Shown piece by piece: positions 18,249-28,963 of a DNA stretch of 50,217 nucleotides; within the stretch, counting starts at the first letter, position 1, and every line of letters starts with the position of its first letter. The position numbers and the translations under genes are program-made. This DNA is from Lysobacterales bacterium (GTDB taxonomy: Bacteria > Pseudomonadota > Gammaproteobacteria > Xanthomonadales > S139-57): positions 1 to 50,217 of the forward strand of contig WFUE01000115.1 in the NCBI GenBank assembly GCA_015485125.1, given 5' to 3'. Under the pieces are notes generated by a model. The model made no database searches. It saw only the letters and a program-made list of their open reading frames with translations, and was not told the origin of the DNA.

Positions 18249-19691
18249 GTGTATCAGGCGTTTTTCGGCCTACGGGAAAACCCGTTCAGTATCACACCGG
18301 ATACACGCTTCACCTATCTTTCCCCACAGCACGAGGAAGCACTGGCACACCTGCTCTACGGGGCCTACCAGCATGGCAGTGGCGGCTTCGCCCTGCTGAC
18401 GGGAGAAATCGGCTGCGGCAAGACCACCCTCTGCCGCTTGTTACTGGAGCGTTTGGAAGACGACACCGAGACCATCTGGATTCTCAACCCCATGCTCGGG
18501 CCGGAGGACTTTCTCCAGGCCTGTCTGGAAGAACTGGGGCAAGAACCGGAGAAACAGCAGCATTACGCACTCTACCAGCAATTGAACCACTACCTGCTGC
18601 AACAGCACGGCAATGGCAAACGCTGTCTGCTGCTGATCGACGAGGCCCAACTGCTCAGCCGCGAAACGCTGGAACTGCTGCGCCTGCTTACCAACCTGGA
18701 AACCGGCCAGCAGAAACTGCTGCAAATTCTGCTGGTAGGCCAGCCGGAACTGGCCACTCGCCTGCAACAGGCCGATGCCGCCCCCCTGAACCAGCGCATC
18801 ACCGCCCGCTACCATCTGCAGGCACTGGATGAAAGCCACGCCATGGCCTATCTTCAGCACCGGCTGGAACAAGCCGGGGCGATGCGCCCATTGTTCAGTC
18901 AGGATGCCCTGCGCCTGATCGCCCGCGCCTCCGGCGGGGTTCCACGCCGGCTCAATATTCTCGCCGACCGTGCCCTGCTGGTGGCCTATGCACAGGAGCA
19001 CACCATGGTCAACAAGCCCGAGGCCAAACAGGCCATTCGCGAGTGTCAGGCTGAAACACAACCGGATGAAAATCGCCGCCACTGGCCCAAATTTCTTGGC
19101 GGAGTGGCTCTGGCTGTGCTGCTCTGGCTGGCCTATCCCCATCTCCAGCCGCTATTTGCACCTGCAGCGCTGCCGCCAGCACAGCCATTGGCACAGGCCA
19201 TGGCCCGGCTCGGCGGCCCCGACAATCACGCAACCTGCAACTATTTTGTTCGTGATAATTTCCACTGCCTGCCGCTGATGAAGCCCCCCGGCAGCCTGCC
19301 CCGACAGCTCTTCCCGGTATTCATGCCACAGCAAGGTCAAGCCGGGCCTGTTCAGGGCTGGTTGGTGTACAACTTCCAGCCTCTGCAGTTGAAACCGGAT
19401 GCCACCATGGATGCCGCCAGCAAGGCCGCCCTGCTCGATCAATGGCGAGGTGACCTGCTGCTGCTCTGGAAGGACCCCTGGCGCATGCCGGCCCTGATCC
19501 GCCCTGGCGACCGACATCTCGCCCTGATGGCCCTGCGTTCCCGCTGGCAATTGCTCCCCGGTGATCAGCTGGATGAACCGCTGGTGCAGCGGCTGAAGGC
19601 CTTTCAGCGTGAGCAGGGCATTCCCGCCGATGGTATCCTCGGGCCACTGACCCAGTTTTACCTGTACCGCAACCATCTGTTGGAACCCTGA
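18249..19691 (+). CDS. gspA: ExeA/GspA-family AAA ATPase with a TM helix and a C-terminal peptidoglycan-binding domain
   Basis: N-terminus is YQAFFGLRENPFSITPD. Walker A is GEIGCGKT and Walker B is LLLIDEAQ. The TM helix is FLGGVALAVLLWLAY. The PG_binding_1-like tail reads LKAFQREQGIPADGILGPLT. GTG start with an AGGAGG SD. Confidence 0.85.
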   Translation: MYQAFFGLRENPFSITPDTRFTYLSPQHEEALAHLLYGAYQHGSGGFALLTGEIGCGKTTLCRLLLERLEDDTETIWILNPMLGPEDFLQACLEELGQEPEKQQHYALYQQLNHYLLQQHGNGKRCLLLIDEAQLLSRETLELLRLLTNLETGQQKLLQILLVGQPELATRLQQADAAPLNQRITARYHLQALDESHAMAYLQHRLEQAGAMRPLFSQDALRLIARASGGVPRRLNILADRALLVAYAQEHTMVNKPEAKQAIRECQAETQPDENRRHWPKFLGGVALAVLLWLAYPHLQPLFAPAALPPAQPLAQAMARLGGPDNHATCNYFVRDNFHCLPLMKPPGSLPRQLFPVFMPQQGQAGPVQGWLVYNFQPLQLKPDATMDAASKAALLDQWRGDLLLLWKDPWRMPALIRPGDRHLALMALRSRWQLLPGDQLDEPLVQRLKAFQREQGIPADGILGPLTQFYLYRNHLLEP

Positions 19692-19692
19692 C

Positions 19693-20418
19693 ATGTCCGC
19701 CATACTGGAAGCCCTGAAAAAATCCCAGGCCCACCGGGCACAGATCAGCACGCCGGCACCCCAATCCCACTTGTCTGCCATCCACCGGCCGGCTCCGCGG
19801 TGGCGGCTCGCCGGCCTGCTGCTATTGCTGCTGACAGGCGGCATCGCCATTCTGATCATGTGGAACTATCCCGTATCCGACGTACGCACGACCCTCCAGA
19901 CACCATCCACTGCGGAAAACACCCAGCAGGCAGGCTCGGAGACACTTGTCACTAAACCCCAGACAACCGCCACCCCACAACCTCAGCCACCTCGCTCTAA
20001 AACCACCCCACCGGCCAATCCGGCAATTCAGCCTGTAGCCGATGACAAACCGGCTGCATTCGAGAAAGCACGGGTAATACCAGAGGAGAAAGAGGAAATC
20101 GACGCGGCATTGCAGCAACCCGATCAATCGCCAAAAGCCACCGTGCCCACCCACAGGTCGCCTGAACCCAAACCAAAGCAGAAAACCATCCTGCAATGGC
20201 TGCAACTGCCACCCGCCTTGCGGCAGCAGGCGGCAGCCCTGCAAATCAATGTCATTCAGTACAACGAACAGGCCGGGCAATCCTGGGTACTGATCAACAT
20301 GCACAAGTACCGGGAAGGAGACAAGCTGGAAGGGGATTTCTACCTCAAGGCCATTCGCCCCCAATCACTGCTATTGCAATACGACCGTTTTCTCTTCGAG
20401 TTGCCGATCCGGAATTAG
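19693..20418 (+). CDS. gspB: GspB/ExeB-like general secretion pathway protein B
   Basis: 241 aa. It has the MSAILEALKKSQ N-terminus, a TM helix, a Pro/Thr-rich linker and a C-terminal GspB-type domain (INVIQYNEQAGQSWVLINMHKYREGDKL). It starts 1 nt after the gspA stop. Confidence 0.75.
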   Translation: MSAILEALKKSQAHRAQISTPAPQSHLSAIHRPAPRWRLAGLLLLLLTGGIAILIMWNYPVSDVRTTLQTPSTAENTQQAGSETLVTKPQTTATPQPQPPRSKTTPPANPAIQPVADDKPAAFEKARVIPEEKEEIDAALQQPDQSPKATVPTHRSPEPKPKQKTILQWLQLPPALRQQAAALQINVIQYNEQAGQSWVLINMHKYREGDKLEGDFYLKAIRPQSLLLQYDRFLFELPIRN

Positions 20419-21234
20419 GCCCAGCGCCTGGCTGATGGTGGTGATCTTGACACCACTGTCTTTCAGCCGCTGCAAATACCCTTGCAATCGTTTCGGGCCT
20501 TCGTCGTTGTAATCTTCCCAGGAATGATAGAGGATCACCACTGTCTCCGGCGGCAACCGGCCTTGGCATTGGCCCTGGCGATACCACTGCTCCAGGGTTT
20601 CATCAAGCTGGTCGAAGTAGATCATTCGACTGGGAATGGGTTGCTTTCCTGTCGCGGAGAAACGCCATAAGCGGGTATCGGACAATCCCTGAAAACCCAG
20701 GTTTTCCAAGGCCAGGTCGGTATGCCCGTCCGCATTGTTCCAGGGGGGTACAAACACTTGTGCCGTAACCCCGAAAGCCTGTTGCAGCAACTGGCGACCT
20801 CGCTGGATACGGGCTTGCTGCTCGGCCAGTGGCAAAGCGGAAAATTCACTGCTCTTCGCCGGTGCCATGCCTGCGTGGCTGGCATTCTGCTGGTGGTCGT
20901 AGCCATGTTGCAACAAGTCGACCCAGCCTTCCTGCGCGGCCTGTGCGTATAGACGCACAATGGCATCATCTTCACCCAGTGGATGTCGCTTTGCCTCGGG
21001 TTTGTAACGTGTATCCGCGGCAATGGCCGGAATGACGCCTACACTCAGGGGAATCTGCTCCGCCCGAAACACTGCCAACAGCTTGCGCTCCCAATCCACC
21101 TGTGACAGCGCACAGATGTCATCGTTGCGAATCACAACCTGGACCGGCTCCGAGGCCAGGCAGGCCGCAGGCCATTCGGCTGCCCGAACCGGCGCCATCA
21201 GCAGGAATGTGACGAGTGTCAGTACGATATTCAT
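20371..21234 (-). CDS. Secreted CE4-fold polysaccharide-deacetylase-like protein (DUF2334-type)
   Basis: 287 aa with signal peptide MNIVLTLVTFLLMAPVRAAE. The motifs VVIRNDD, LLQHGYDHQ and VFVPPWN resemble the CE4 Asp / His-x-x-x-His / RxPY triad. Its 3' end overlaps the gspB 3' end by 48 nt. Confidence 0.6.
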   Translation of the reverse strand: MNIVLTLVTFLLMAPVRAAEWPAACLASEPVQVVIRNDDICALSQVDWERKLLAVFRAEQIPLSVGVIPAIAADTRYKPEAKRHPLGEDDAIVRLYAQAAQEGWVDLLQHGYDHQQNASHAGMAPAKSSEFSALPLAEQQARIQRGRQLLQQAFGVTAQVFVPPWNNADGHTDLALENLGFQGLSDTRLWRFSATGKQPIPSRMIYFDQLDETLEQWYRQGQCQGRLPPETVVILYHSWEDYNDEGPKRLQGYLQRLKDSGVKITTISQALGLIPDRQLEEKTVVLQ

Positions 21235-21256
21235 GATGCTCCTTCAAAGCCAGCAT

Positions 21257-21288
21257 ACAAAAAGGCCCCGCCAATGGCGAGGCCTTTG
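21257..21288 (-). terminator. Intrinsic terminator closing the pilMNOPQ-lipoprotein operon
   Basis: Minus strand: GGCCTCGCC-ATT-GGCGGGGCC (9-bp stem with 1 mismatch) followed by TTTTTGT. It starts about 20 nt after the stop at 21308. Confidence 0.65.
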
Positions 21289-21307
21289 TTCAGGGTACCG
21301 CGCCCTG

Positions 21308-23602
21308 TCAGGGGCAACCCGGCGGGGCCGGTGAGGCCCCCAGGGCACAGATATCATACCCTTCAAAGGTTACCGTGGCCTGGGGCTCGCCATTGGGGCC
21401 GGTGAAGGTACAGACTGCCGTACCCGCCTCGCCATAGCCATTCAGGCCAGTGGAACGCAGCTGCGTGTAGGTCTCGCCATCTTCGTCAGTCACACCCGGC
21501 GGAACCAGCACTTCCACATTGCCCGGCCCTGTCACTTCGCAGCTCTGTACCAGCAACTGGATATTTTCCACGCCCTGGCCACTGCCATTGACCAGTGTCA
21601 GGATCACGGTCTCGGTGCGGTTGCCCACGAACTGATTGGGATTGGCAAACAACACCAGATCGGTGGGAGCAACGATGGTAATACTGTCGCTCAGATCGCC
21701 AACAAAGAAGGTGATACCCACATCACCGGCTCCCGGCGCCACAGAAGCCGAAGCGACCGTTGCCACGGTACAGCCATCCGCACCGGTAGCCAGGGCCACA
21801 TAACCGGAGTTGGCCACGCCATCCACGGTAATCACGGCGCCACTGCTATTGTTAACGATAAAGCCAACGAACACACCCGCTACCGGCATGTTTTGCGCAT
21901 CCGACAGGCACATGGCTACATCCACGGTGGTGTTGCCGGGAATCTGGTCGGCAAACACGCTGAATTGCAAATTCGCGATGCCGGGCAGTACCATGGTTTC
22001 CACATCGGCTACCGTCTTGACTTCGGACTTCAGCCCGGTGGGTGCGCCATTGCCCTGAGCGGAAATCGCGACCACGCGCCCCAGTTGGTTGGACGGATAG
22101 TTCATGGTTACCGTGGCCACGCCGTTTTCGTCCGTATAGGCGGAACCGCCAATATTTGCATAGAGCGCACGGCCGATGAGATAGGGAATCACGCCACCGT
22201 CGTCCACCATGGCGCCCGTGCCATTGTTCGGGTTGAAATCACGGGTAGCCGTCACTTGCGAGTTGGAATCCACGCCTTGCACGATGCGTACGGATTCATG
22301 CTCCGCGTTACCCGCTATTTCGTGGCCAAAGAGCATGATGGCATCTCCCGGCTCCACGGCATGATCCGGGCCTGTAGAGTTGTCCAGGAAAGCGCCACCG
22401 AGTGAAACAAAAGTCTTGCCGCCTTCCTCCGGATTACCATCCGAACCGGAGTGGACAAACTGGCCGGCTCCGCCTTCCGGATAACCGATGGCAGGATAGT
22501 CAACCAGGCTGAAGGAGATTTCCGTCCCCGGCAATACCGGGTTACCCAGCTTGTCCTGTCCCTGCGCGCTGATAGTCAGGCTGTAGGTACCATCCGGATT
22601 GGTATTGGTGTCCGGGTCCACCACATTGGCTGACACCGCCTGCAAGTTCGGTGAAACGATTTGCAGTGAGAACAATCGGCCGTCAGAAATCACGAAATCC
22701 AGCAGATCGCTGATGGGATCCTGAATGCCATTGTCGACATTATTGTCGGCATGATCGGCACTGACCTTGAGGGTGATCACACCCGGCTCACTGCCGGAAA
22801 GCAGCACGACCGAAGCGATGCCATTGGTCGTTGCCACAGCAATGGAAGTGCCGCTTTGCGACTGGCCCGAAGCATTGGTACCACTGACCCGGGCTCCGGT
22901 CGAGGCATTGTCCACGATTTCAACCTGCAGGTTATTGTAGCCTTCCGGGTCATCAATGGGCTGGTCGGATCCGTCCGTCAGGCGAAATTCCAGGCGCTTG
23001 CTGTCCGTGCCACCACTGCCCTGTACATACTGGGGCACTTGTGGCGCGGTAACACTGATCTGGGCCGGAAGCCCGCTATTGGCAGACTCGACCACTTCCA
23101 CAGTCATGGTTGCACTCGCGATGGTGCCATAAACGGGGTCGCGCACGGATACGCTGACAGTCGCGGTTCCCGTACGGTTCATGGCGTGCACGAAAAATGT
23201 GCTCACGCCCGCACTCACACCTGTGCTGACGCTGCCCATCAACTGGGTAAATTCATTGACGTCCTCGGTTTCCGGATTGTCCAGTGTCGAGATGGCCGCA
23301 ACTTCGACCGGCGATATCGCCAACGAGACCGCATTGTCGTCGGTCATCGGGTTGCCGTTGCCGTCCTTGATTCTCGCGGTTACTTCCAGCATGTAGGGCG
23401 AACCGATGAACGGTTCCACCAAAGCGCTATTCACCGGCAGGCTGACCCGCGTTGCCGACAACTCCACGGAAGGCGTAGGGTCGGTAGTGAACGTGCCACC
23501 GGTACCCCCTCCACCACTGCCACAGCCGCTCAGCAGGCTGGCAGCCAGTACGAGGATCAGTGTGCCCAGAATCTCTTTCATGTCTTGCCTCTTGGTTTCC
23601 AT
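21308..23602 (-). CDS. Large lipoprotein built of tandem bacterial Ig-like (Big/invasin-type) beta domains; function unknown
   Basis: 764 aa with lipobox LLSGC followed by a Gly-rich linker. It has repeated beta-sandwich-like modules (GTATVSVSV, GIASVVLLSG..GVITLKVSA, GVATVTMNY, GAVITVDG) and a Cys-containing C-terminus. ATG 23602 is 1 nt after the pilQ stop. An alternative ATG at 23581 has an AAGAGG SD. Confidence 0.7.
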   Translation of the reverse strand: METKRQDMKEILGTLILVLAASLLSGCGSGGGGTGGTFTTDPTPSVELSATRVSLPVNSALVEPFIGSPYMLEVTARIKDGNGNPMTDDNAVSLAISPVEVAAISTLDNPETEDVNEFTQLMGSVSTGVSAGVSTFFVHAMNRTGTATVSVSVRDPVYGTIASATMTVEVVESANSGLPAQISVTAPQVPQYVQGSGGTDSKRLEFRLTDGSDQPIDDPEGYNNLQVEIVDNASTGARVSGTNASGQSQSGTSIAVATTNGIASVVLLSGSEPGVITLKVSADHADNNVDNGIQDPISDLLDFVISDGRLFSLQIVSPNLQAVSANVVDPDTNTNPDGTYSLTISAQGQDKLGNPVLPGTEISFSLVDYPAIGYPEGGAGQFVHSGSDGNPEEGGKTFVSLGGAFLDNSTGPDHAVEPGDAIMLFGHEIAGNAEHESVRIVQGVDSNSQVTATRDFNPNNGTGAMVDDGGVIPYLIGRALYANIGGSAYTDENGVATVTMNYPSNQLGRVVAISAQGNGAPTGLKSEVKTVADVETMVLPGIANLQFSVFADQIPGNTTVDVAMCLSDAQNMPVAGVFVGFIVNNSSGAVITVDGVANSGYVALATGADGCTVATVASASVAPGAGDVGITFFVGDLSDSITIVAPTDLVLFANPNQFVGNRTETVILTLVNGSGQGVENIQLLVQSCEVTGPGNVEVLVPPGVTDEDGETYTQLRSTGLNGYGEAGTAVCTFTGPNGEPQATVTFEGYDICALGASPAPPGCP

Positions 23603-23603
23603 G

Positions 23604-25826
23604 TCAATTCACTTGCAGATTGGTCTTGAGAATGGTCGGTGTCACGAAGATCAGCAACTCCTGCTTTTCACTACTCTTCAGTCGGTACTTGAACAGATTG
23701 CCCACACCAGGCAGGTCACCCAGTACCGGTACCTTGTTCAGTCCGTCCAGACTGGCGCTTTCGTATACACCACCCAGCACCACGGTTTCCCCATTGTTGA
23801 CCAATACCTGCGTGGTCACACGGCGCGTATCTATAACCGGCACCTGGGAATTGAATGGACCGGCAATAAAGCCCGCAATATTGTCCTTTTTGACATCCAG
23901 ATCGAGCACGATACGGTCATCCGGTGTAATCAGGGGGGTTACGTTGAGTTCCAGTGCAATTTCCTTGAACTTCACCGATGCCGCGCCACTGGATGTTGCC
24001 TCCAGATAGGCCACTTCCTGGCCCTGGGATATGCGGGCCGCTTCCTGGTTGGCCGTAATCACACGTGGGCTGGAAATCACTTCTCCTCTTCCTTCCTCCT
24101 GCATGGCGGACAATTCCAGATCGAGCAGATAATCCGCAGCCAGAATACTGAAGGCAAAGGATCCCGCGGGATTGGTTACAGGGAGATTGACATTCAAGCG
24201 TTCATCCAGCGGTGCGCTGGCAATATTGCCGCCGATGGTAGGCGAGGGCACGACAGAAGGGAGGCCACTGGCACCCGGCGCGAACTGACGGCCTTGCATG
24301 ACGGCATTGCTCATCCGATCCAGTGCCATCAGATTGCCGCCCGTGCTGATGATGTTTCCACGACTGTCCCGCTTGCTTCCTGTCACGCCAAAGCGCGCGC
24401 CCAGTTCCTTCTTGAAGTCGCTGGAGGCCACGACAATGCGAGATTCGATCATCACCTGCTCGACCGGACGATCCAGCAGTTTCACCACATTGCGCACCTT
24501 CTCGATACGCGAAAAGACATCGGTGACCAGCATGGTGTTGGTCCGCTCGTCCACGGTGATGGAGCCCCTTTCCGAAAGAATGGCCTGTTCGCCCCCGCTT
24601 TCACCGGTCTTGTAGATGATATCTGCCAATTCGCGAGCCTTGGCATAATTGATCTGTATGTAATCGGTCACCAGCGGCTCCAGCTGCTCCTTCTCCTGTG
24701 AGGCCTTGAGCATTTGCTGTTCACGAGCGGCAATCTCCTCTGCCGGCGCCACCCAGATCACATTGCCATTGATACGCTTGTCCAGGTTCTTGGCATCCAG
24801 AATGATATCCAGCGCCTGATCCCACGGAACGGCGATGAGCCGCAGGGTGATGTTGCCTTCCACCGAGTCGCCCACCACAATGTTCAGGCCGGTGAAATCG
24901 GCCAATGTCTGCAGGACGGTGCGTACTGAAAGATCATGGAAGTTCAGGTTGACCTTGTCGCCGGTGTATTCCTTTTCCTCCATGCTGATCAACTGGTTCT
25001 CTTCTTCCTTGGGGTCCGGCCTTTTGACCTGGAGCACGAACTCGTCGGTTGTCTGGTAGGCCATGTACTCGAAAGGACGCTCGGCCTCGATACGAATGTG
25101 CGCCATCTCTCCTTCCTGGGAGGCATCCACATATTTCACCGGTGTGGCAAAATCCATTACATCCATCCGTTGCTGCAGATCTTCAGGCAACCGGGTGTTG
25201 GCGATCATCAACTCCACGCCTTCGGGGGTTTCCTTCACATCCACGGTGGCCTGTGGATCCGTGAAATTCAGTATGACCTTGCCCTGATCTTCCTTGCCAC
25301 GACGGAAATCGATATTGCTGACCTGGGCCAGATCATCGCCGGCTACCCCTTCCTGCGCAGTCAATACCGCTGCCTGGGTGCTGCCCTGGTTCCCCACATG
25401 CAACTGGACGGTTTTGCCTTCTACCTTCACATCATAGGGCACCTTGTCAAACAGCTCGACAACCACCCTTGTCTTGCCGCCACTTTCCACTGCCAGTGCC
25501 CGACGGGTCGCACCCGTACCAATGTCCACCTTACGTGTTTTCAGGCGGTTTCGGGTATTGTTCAGGTCCAGTGCAATTCTGGCCGGCTTATCCGTGCTGA
25601 ATACCACCGGGTCATCCGCCAACGGCTCCTTCAGCTGTAAAACCACAGTCACGTCACCACCGGAACCGGTGACATAACTGATACTCTCCAGCATGTTTTC
25701 TGCCATGGCATTGCAAAAGGGCAGCAACAACAGCATATACCCCAGATAGCGCCTGCTTGTCTTCAACATCGTATTAATCCCGCTTCGAGGTTCCATAGTT
25801 TGTGAATTGATTTCTGTACTCATCAT
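23604..25826 (-). CDS. pilQ: Type IV pilus secretin PilQ with N-terminal AMIN domains
   Basis: About 740 aa. It has AMIN-type repeats, N0/N1 domains and the secretin C-domain (VLVNNGETVVLGGV..., VPVLGDLPGVGNLFK). The ORF opens with GTG at 25841. I prefer ATG 25826 because it has a GGGAG SD. Another alternative is M at 25769. Confidence 0.9.
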   Translation of the reverse strand: MMSTEINSQTMEPRSGINTMLKTSRRYLGYMLLLLPFCNAMAENMLESISYVTGSGGDVTVVLQLKEPLADDPVVFSTDKPARIALDLNNTRNRLKTRKVDIGTGATRRALAVESGGKTRVVVELFDKVPYDVKVEGKTVQLHVGNQGSTQAAVLTAQEGVAGDDLAQVSNIDFRRGKEDQGKVILNFTDPQATVDVKETPEGVELMIANTRLPEDLQQRMDVMDFATPVKYVDASQEGEMAHIRIEAERPFEYMAYQTTDEFVLQVKRPDPKEEENQLISMEEKEYTGDKVNLNFHDLSVRTVLQTLADFTGLNIVVGDSVEGNITLRLIAVPWDQALDIILDAKNLDKRINGNVIWVAPAEEIAAREQQMLKASQEKEQLEPLVTDYIQINYAKARELADIIYKTGESGGEQAILSERGSITVDERTNTMLVTDVFSRIEKVRNVVKLLDRPVEQVMIESRIVVASSDFKKELGARFGVTGSKRDSRGNIISTGGNLMALDRMSNAVMQGRQFAPGASGLPSVVPSPTIGGNIASAPLDERLNVNLPVTNPAGSFAFSILAADYLLDLELSAMQEEGRGEVISSPRVITANQEAARISQGQEVAYLEATSSGAASVKFKEIALELNVTPLITPDDRIVLDLDVKKDNIAGFIAGPFNSQVPVIDTRRVTTQVLVNNGETVVLGGVYESASLDGLNKVPVLGDLPGVGNLFKYRLKSSEKQELLIFVTPTILKTNLQVN

Positions 25827-25844
25827 GCTACTCCCGTCCACCGG

Positions 25845-26399
25845 TCAGCCCTGATCCAGCAGGATCTTTTCGATACGCTCTTCATAACCGCCGTTCCCGT
25901 TGGGGATCAGTTCACGCAATACCACCCGGTCTTCCCGTATCTGAATGACCTTTCCAAAATTGGTGCCCATGTAGTTGCCTTCCTTGATTCGGTGAACCAC
26001 ACCTTCCGGATCCTTGATCAGAGCCCACTGCTGTTCTCCCATGGCAAAGGTACCCACCATGGCCAGGGAGTCCAGCGGGAAGGCCTCCAGCAGTTCCCGG
26101 CGACGCTTGAAATCCGGCCGTGGTCCGGCTGCAATCTCGCTACCCGGTGCCGTAGCCTCACTGATAGTGGGCAGCCGGAAGGGGTCTCGCAGATTCTGCG
26201 CTTCGTAGATGAAGGTTTCGTATGGCTTGATTTCCGGCAGAGGTTCAATGGGTGGCGGCTTGCGGTCTTTCTGCTCCCGTACCCAAGCCTTCAGATCGCT
26301 CATGTCCTGGGAACAGCCTGCCAGCAGGAGCGCCACAGCCAGCAAACTGGTTGTTCTCACGCCGTTGAGGCTGACTAACCACTGCTTGAGCGTACTCAT
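25845..26399 (-). CDS. pilP: Type IV pilus assembly lipoprotein PilP
   Basis: 184 aa with lipobox LLAGC. It lies between pilO and pilQ and has a PilP-like C-terminal beta domain. Confidence 0.85.
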   Translation of the reverse strand: MSTLKQWLVSLNGVRTTSLLAVALLLAGCSQDMSDLKAWVREQKDRKPPPIEPLPEIKPYETFIYEAQNLRDPFRLPTISEATAPGSEIAAGPRPDFKRRRELLEAFPLDSLAMVGTFAMGEQQWALIKDPEGVVHRIKEGNYMGTNFGKVIQIREDRVVLRELIPNGNGGYEERIEKILLDQG

Positions 26400-27025
26400 T
26401 TTCCTTTGCCCTCCTGCAAGGTGGTGAACTCGTCTTCGTCCAGATAGCGGTAGGTCTTGGCCGTACCTTCCAATACCAGCTTGTTGGGCTCGGCACCCTT
26501 GCCCGCGGGCTTCAGGGAAATGTCATGCATGGTCAGGATCACCACACGCGGCAGGGACGCGACACCACTGACGAAAGCACCAAACTGGTGATAGGTGCCG
26601 ATCATGCGCAGGGTAATCGGCTTTTCCGCATAGAAATCCTTGATGACTTCCGCACCCGGCTCAAACAGTTCGTTCTTGATGCCCGAGGCCAATGCCGTTT
26701 GGGAGATATCCACCAGAAGATCCGGCATTTCCGTCTTGCCCGGCAACTGCCGCAACATCGACTGCAGTATCAGCTGCATTTCATCAAGCTGGGCCTTGTA
26801 CGCCGGCAACCGCGCTGCTCGCGCCTGTTTCTTGGAGAATTCCTGCTTGAGGGTTGCCTCCTTCTTCTCCAGCTTTTCCAACTGAACCAGCTGGTCAGAA
26901 GTCTTGAAATAATATCCACCGGCCAGTATCAGCAAGAACAGCAGGACCACCGCCGCCAGCTTGACAGGCAGGGGCCAGCTGCCCACATTCTCAAAGTCCA
27001 GTTCATTCAGTTCAGACAGGTTCAT
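26396..27025 (-). CDS. pilO: Type IV pilus assembly protein PilO
   Basis: 209 aa with a TM helix, a coiled coil and a PilO fold. It overlaps both neighbouring genes by 4 nt. Confidence 0.85.
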   Translation of the reverse strand: MNLSELNELDFENVGSWPLPVKLAAVVLLFLLILAGGYYFKTSDQLVQLEKLEKKEATLKQEFSKKQARAARLPAYKAQLDEMQLILQSMLRQLPGKTEMPDLLVDISQTALASGIKNELFEPGAEVIKDFYAEKPITLRMIGTYHQFGAFVSGVASLPRVVILTMHDISLKPAGKGAEPNKLVLEGTAKTYRYLDEDEFTTLQEGKGK

Positions 27026-27656
27026 TTGCCGCCCCCCTTCTTGCCCTTGGCTGGCTGCTCATCCACCGATTCCTGTTCGTCTTCCTCGCGATGGAGCGGC
27101 ACCTTCAATGTAAACTGGTACTTGTAGCTGGCTTCCAGGCCAAAGCTTTTTTCCTTCTCTTTCTTATCCTTCTCCACCGCCTTGATGACCATCAGGTCGG
27201 GGGTATCGAACCACGGGTTATTGTCCAGCGAGCGCATGTAGGCCGATACCCGTGCGTTCGACTGGGCCAGGCCATCCAGCGTCAGGATCTGCCCCTGCTG
27301 CTTGATGGAGCTCAGGCGCACACCTTCGGGGATGGTGCGTACCAGTGCATCGAACAAATGCACCATCTGTGAACGACTGGCCTGCAATTCCTCAATCACC
27401 GCCTTGCGTGCCAGTAACTTGGCCCGCGTCTCTTCCAGCGACTTGATTTCCTTGATCTGCTGGTCGAGTTTCTTGATTTCATTTTGCAGGTAGCGATTGC
27501 GTGCGTTCTGGTAATCCATGCGCTGATTCATCTGCCAGCTCACCAGCAGGACCACAAGAACGCCAGCCACCGCGCCGGCAGCCAACATGGCGAAGAATTC
27601 CTGTTTCTGCTGCCTGCGGCGTTCTTCGCGCCAGGGAAGTAGGTTAATGCGAGCCA

Positions 27657-27657
<1 letters not shown>
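27022..27657 (-). CDS. pilN: Type IV pilus assembly protein PilN
   Basis: Starts MARINLLPWREERR, the conserved PilN N-terminus. It is followed by a TM helix and a charged Lys/Glu-rich C-terminal tail. Its ATG overlaps the pilM stop (TGATG). Confidence 0.88.
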
Positions 27658-28739
<1,082 letters not shown>

Positions 28740-28917
28740 TTAGAGTAAAAACATGTTCCATAACATTAAATACAAAATCCAACTATTTATCAACAAAAGA
28801 TTTTTTCTTTCCGATGTCGACAAAGTTGAGCATCTTCAGTGCAGCTCAGTAAGCGAACAGGTTCACATTCCCGCAGACACATCCGGCAACATCTGTTTTG
28901 CCTGGCCCAAAACGAAG

Positions 28918-28939
28918 GAGGCTCCCCGCAGGGAGCCTC
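28918..28939 (-). terminator. Hairpin downstream of the binding-protein gene
   Basis: GAGGCTCCC-CGCA-GGGAGCCTC, a 9-bp stem. On the minus strand it is followed by CTTCGTTTTGGG, a short T-run. Confidence 0.45.
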
Positions 28940-28963
28940 GCAAAGTACCGATTTTTCAGGCGC

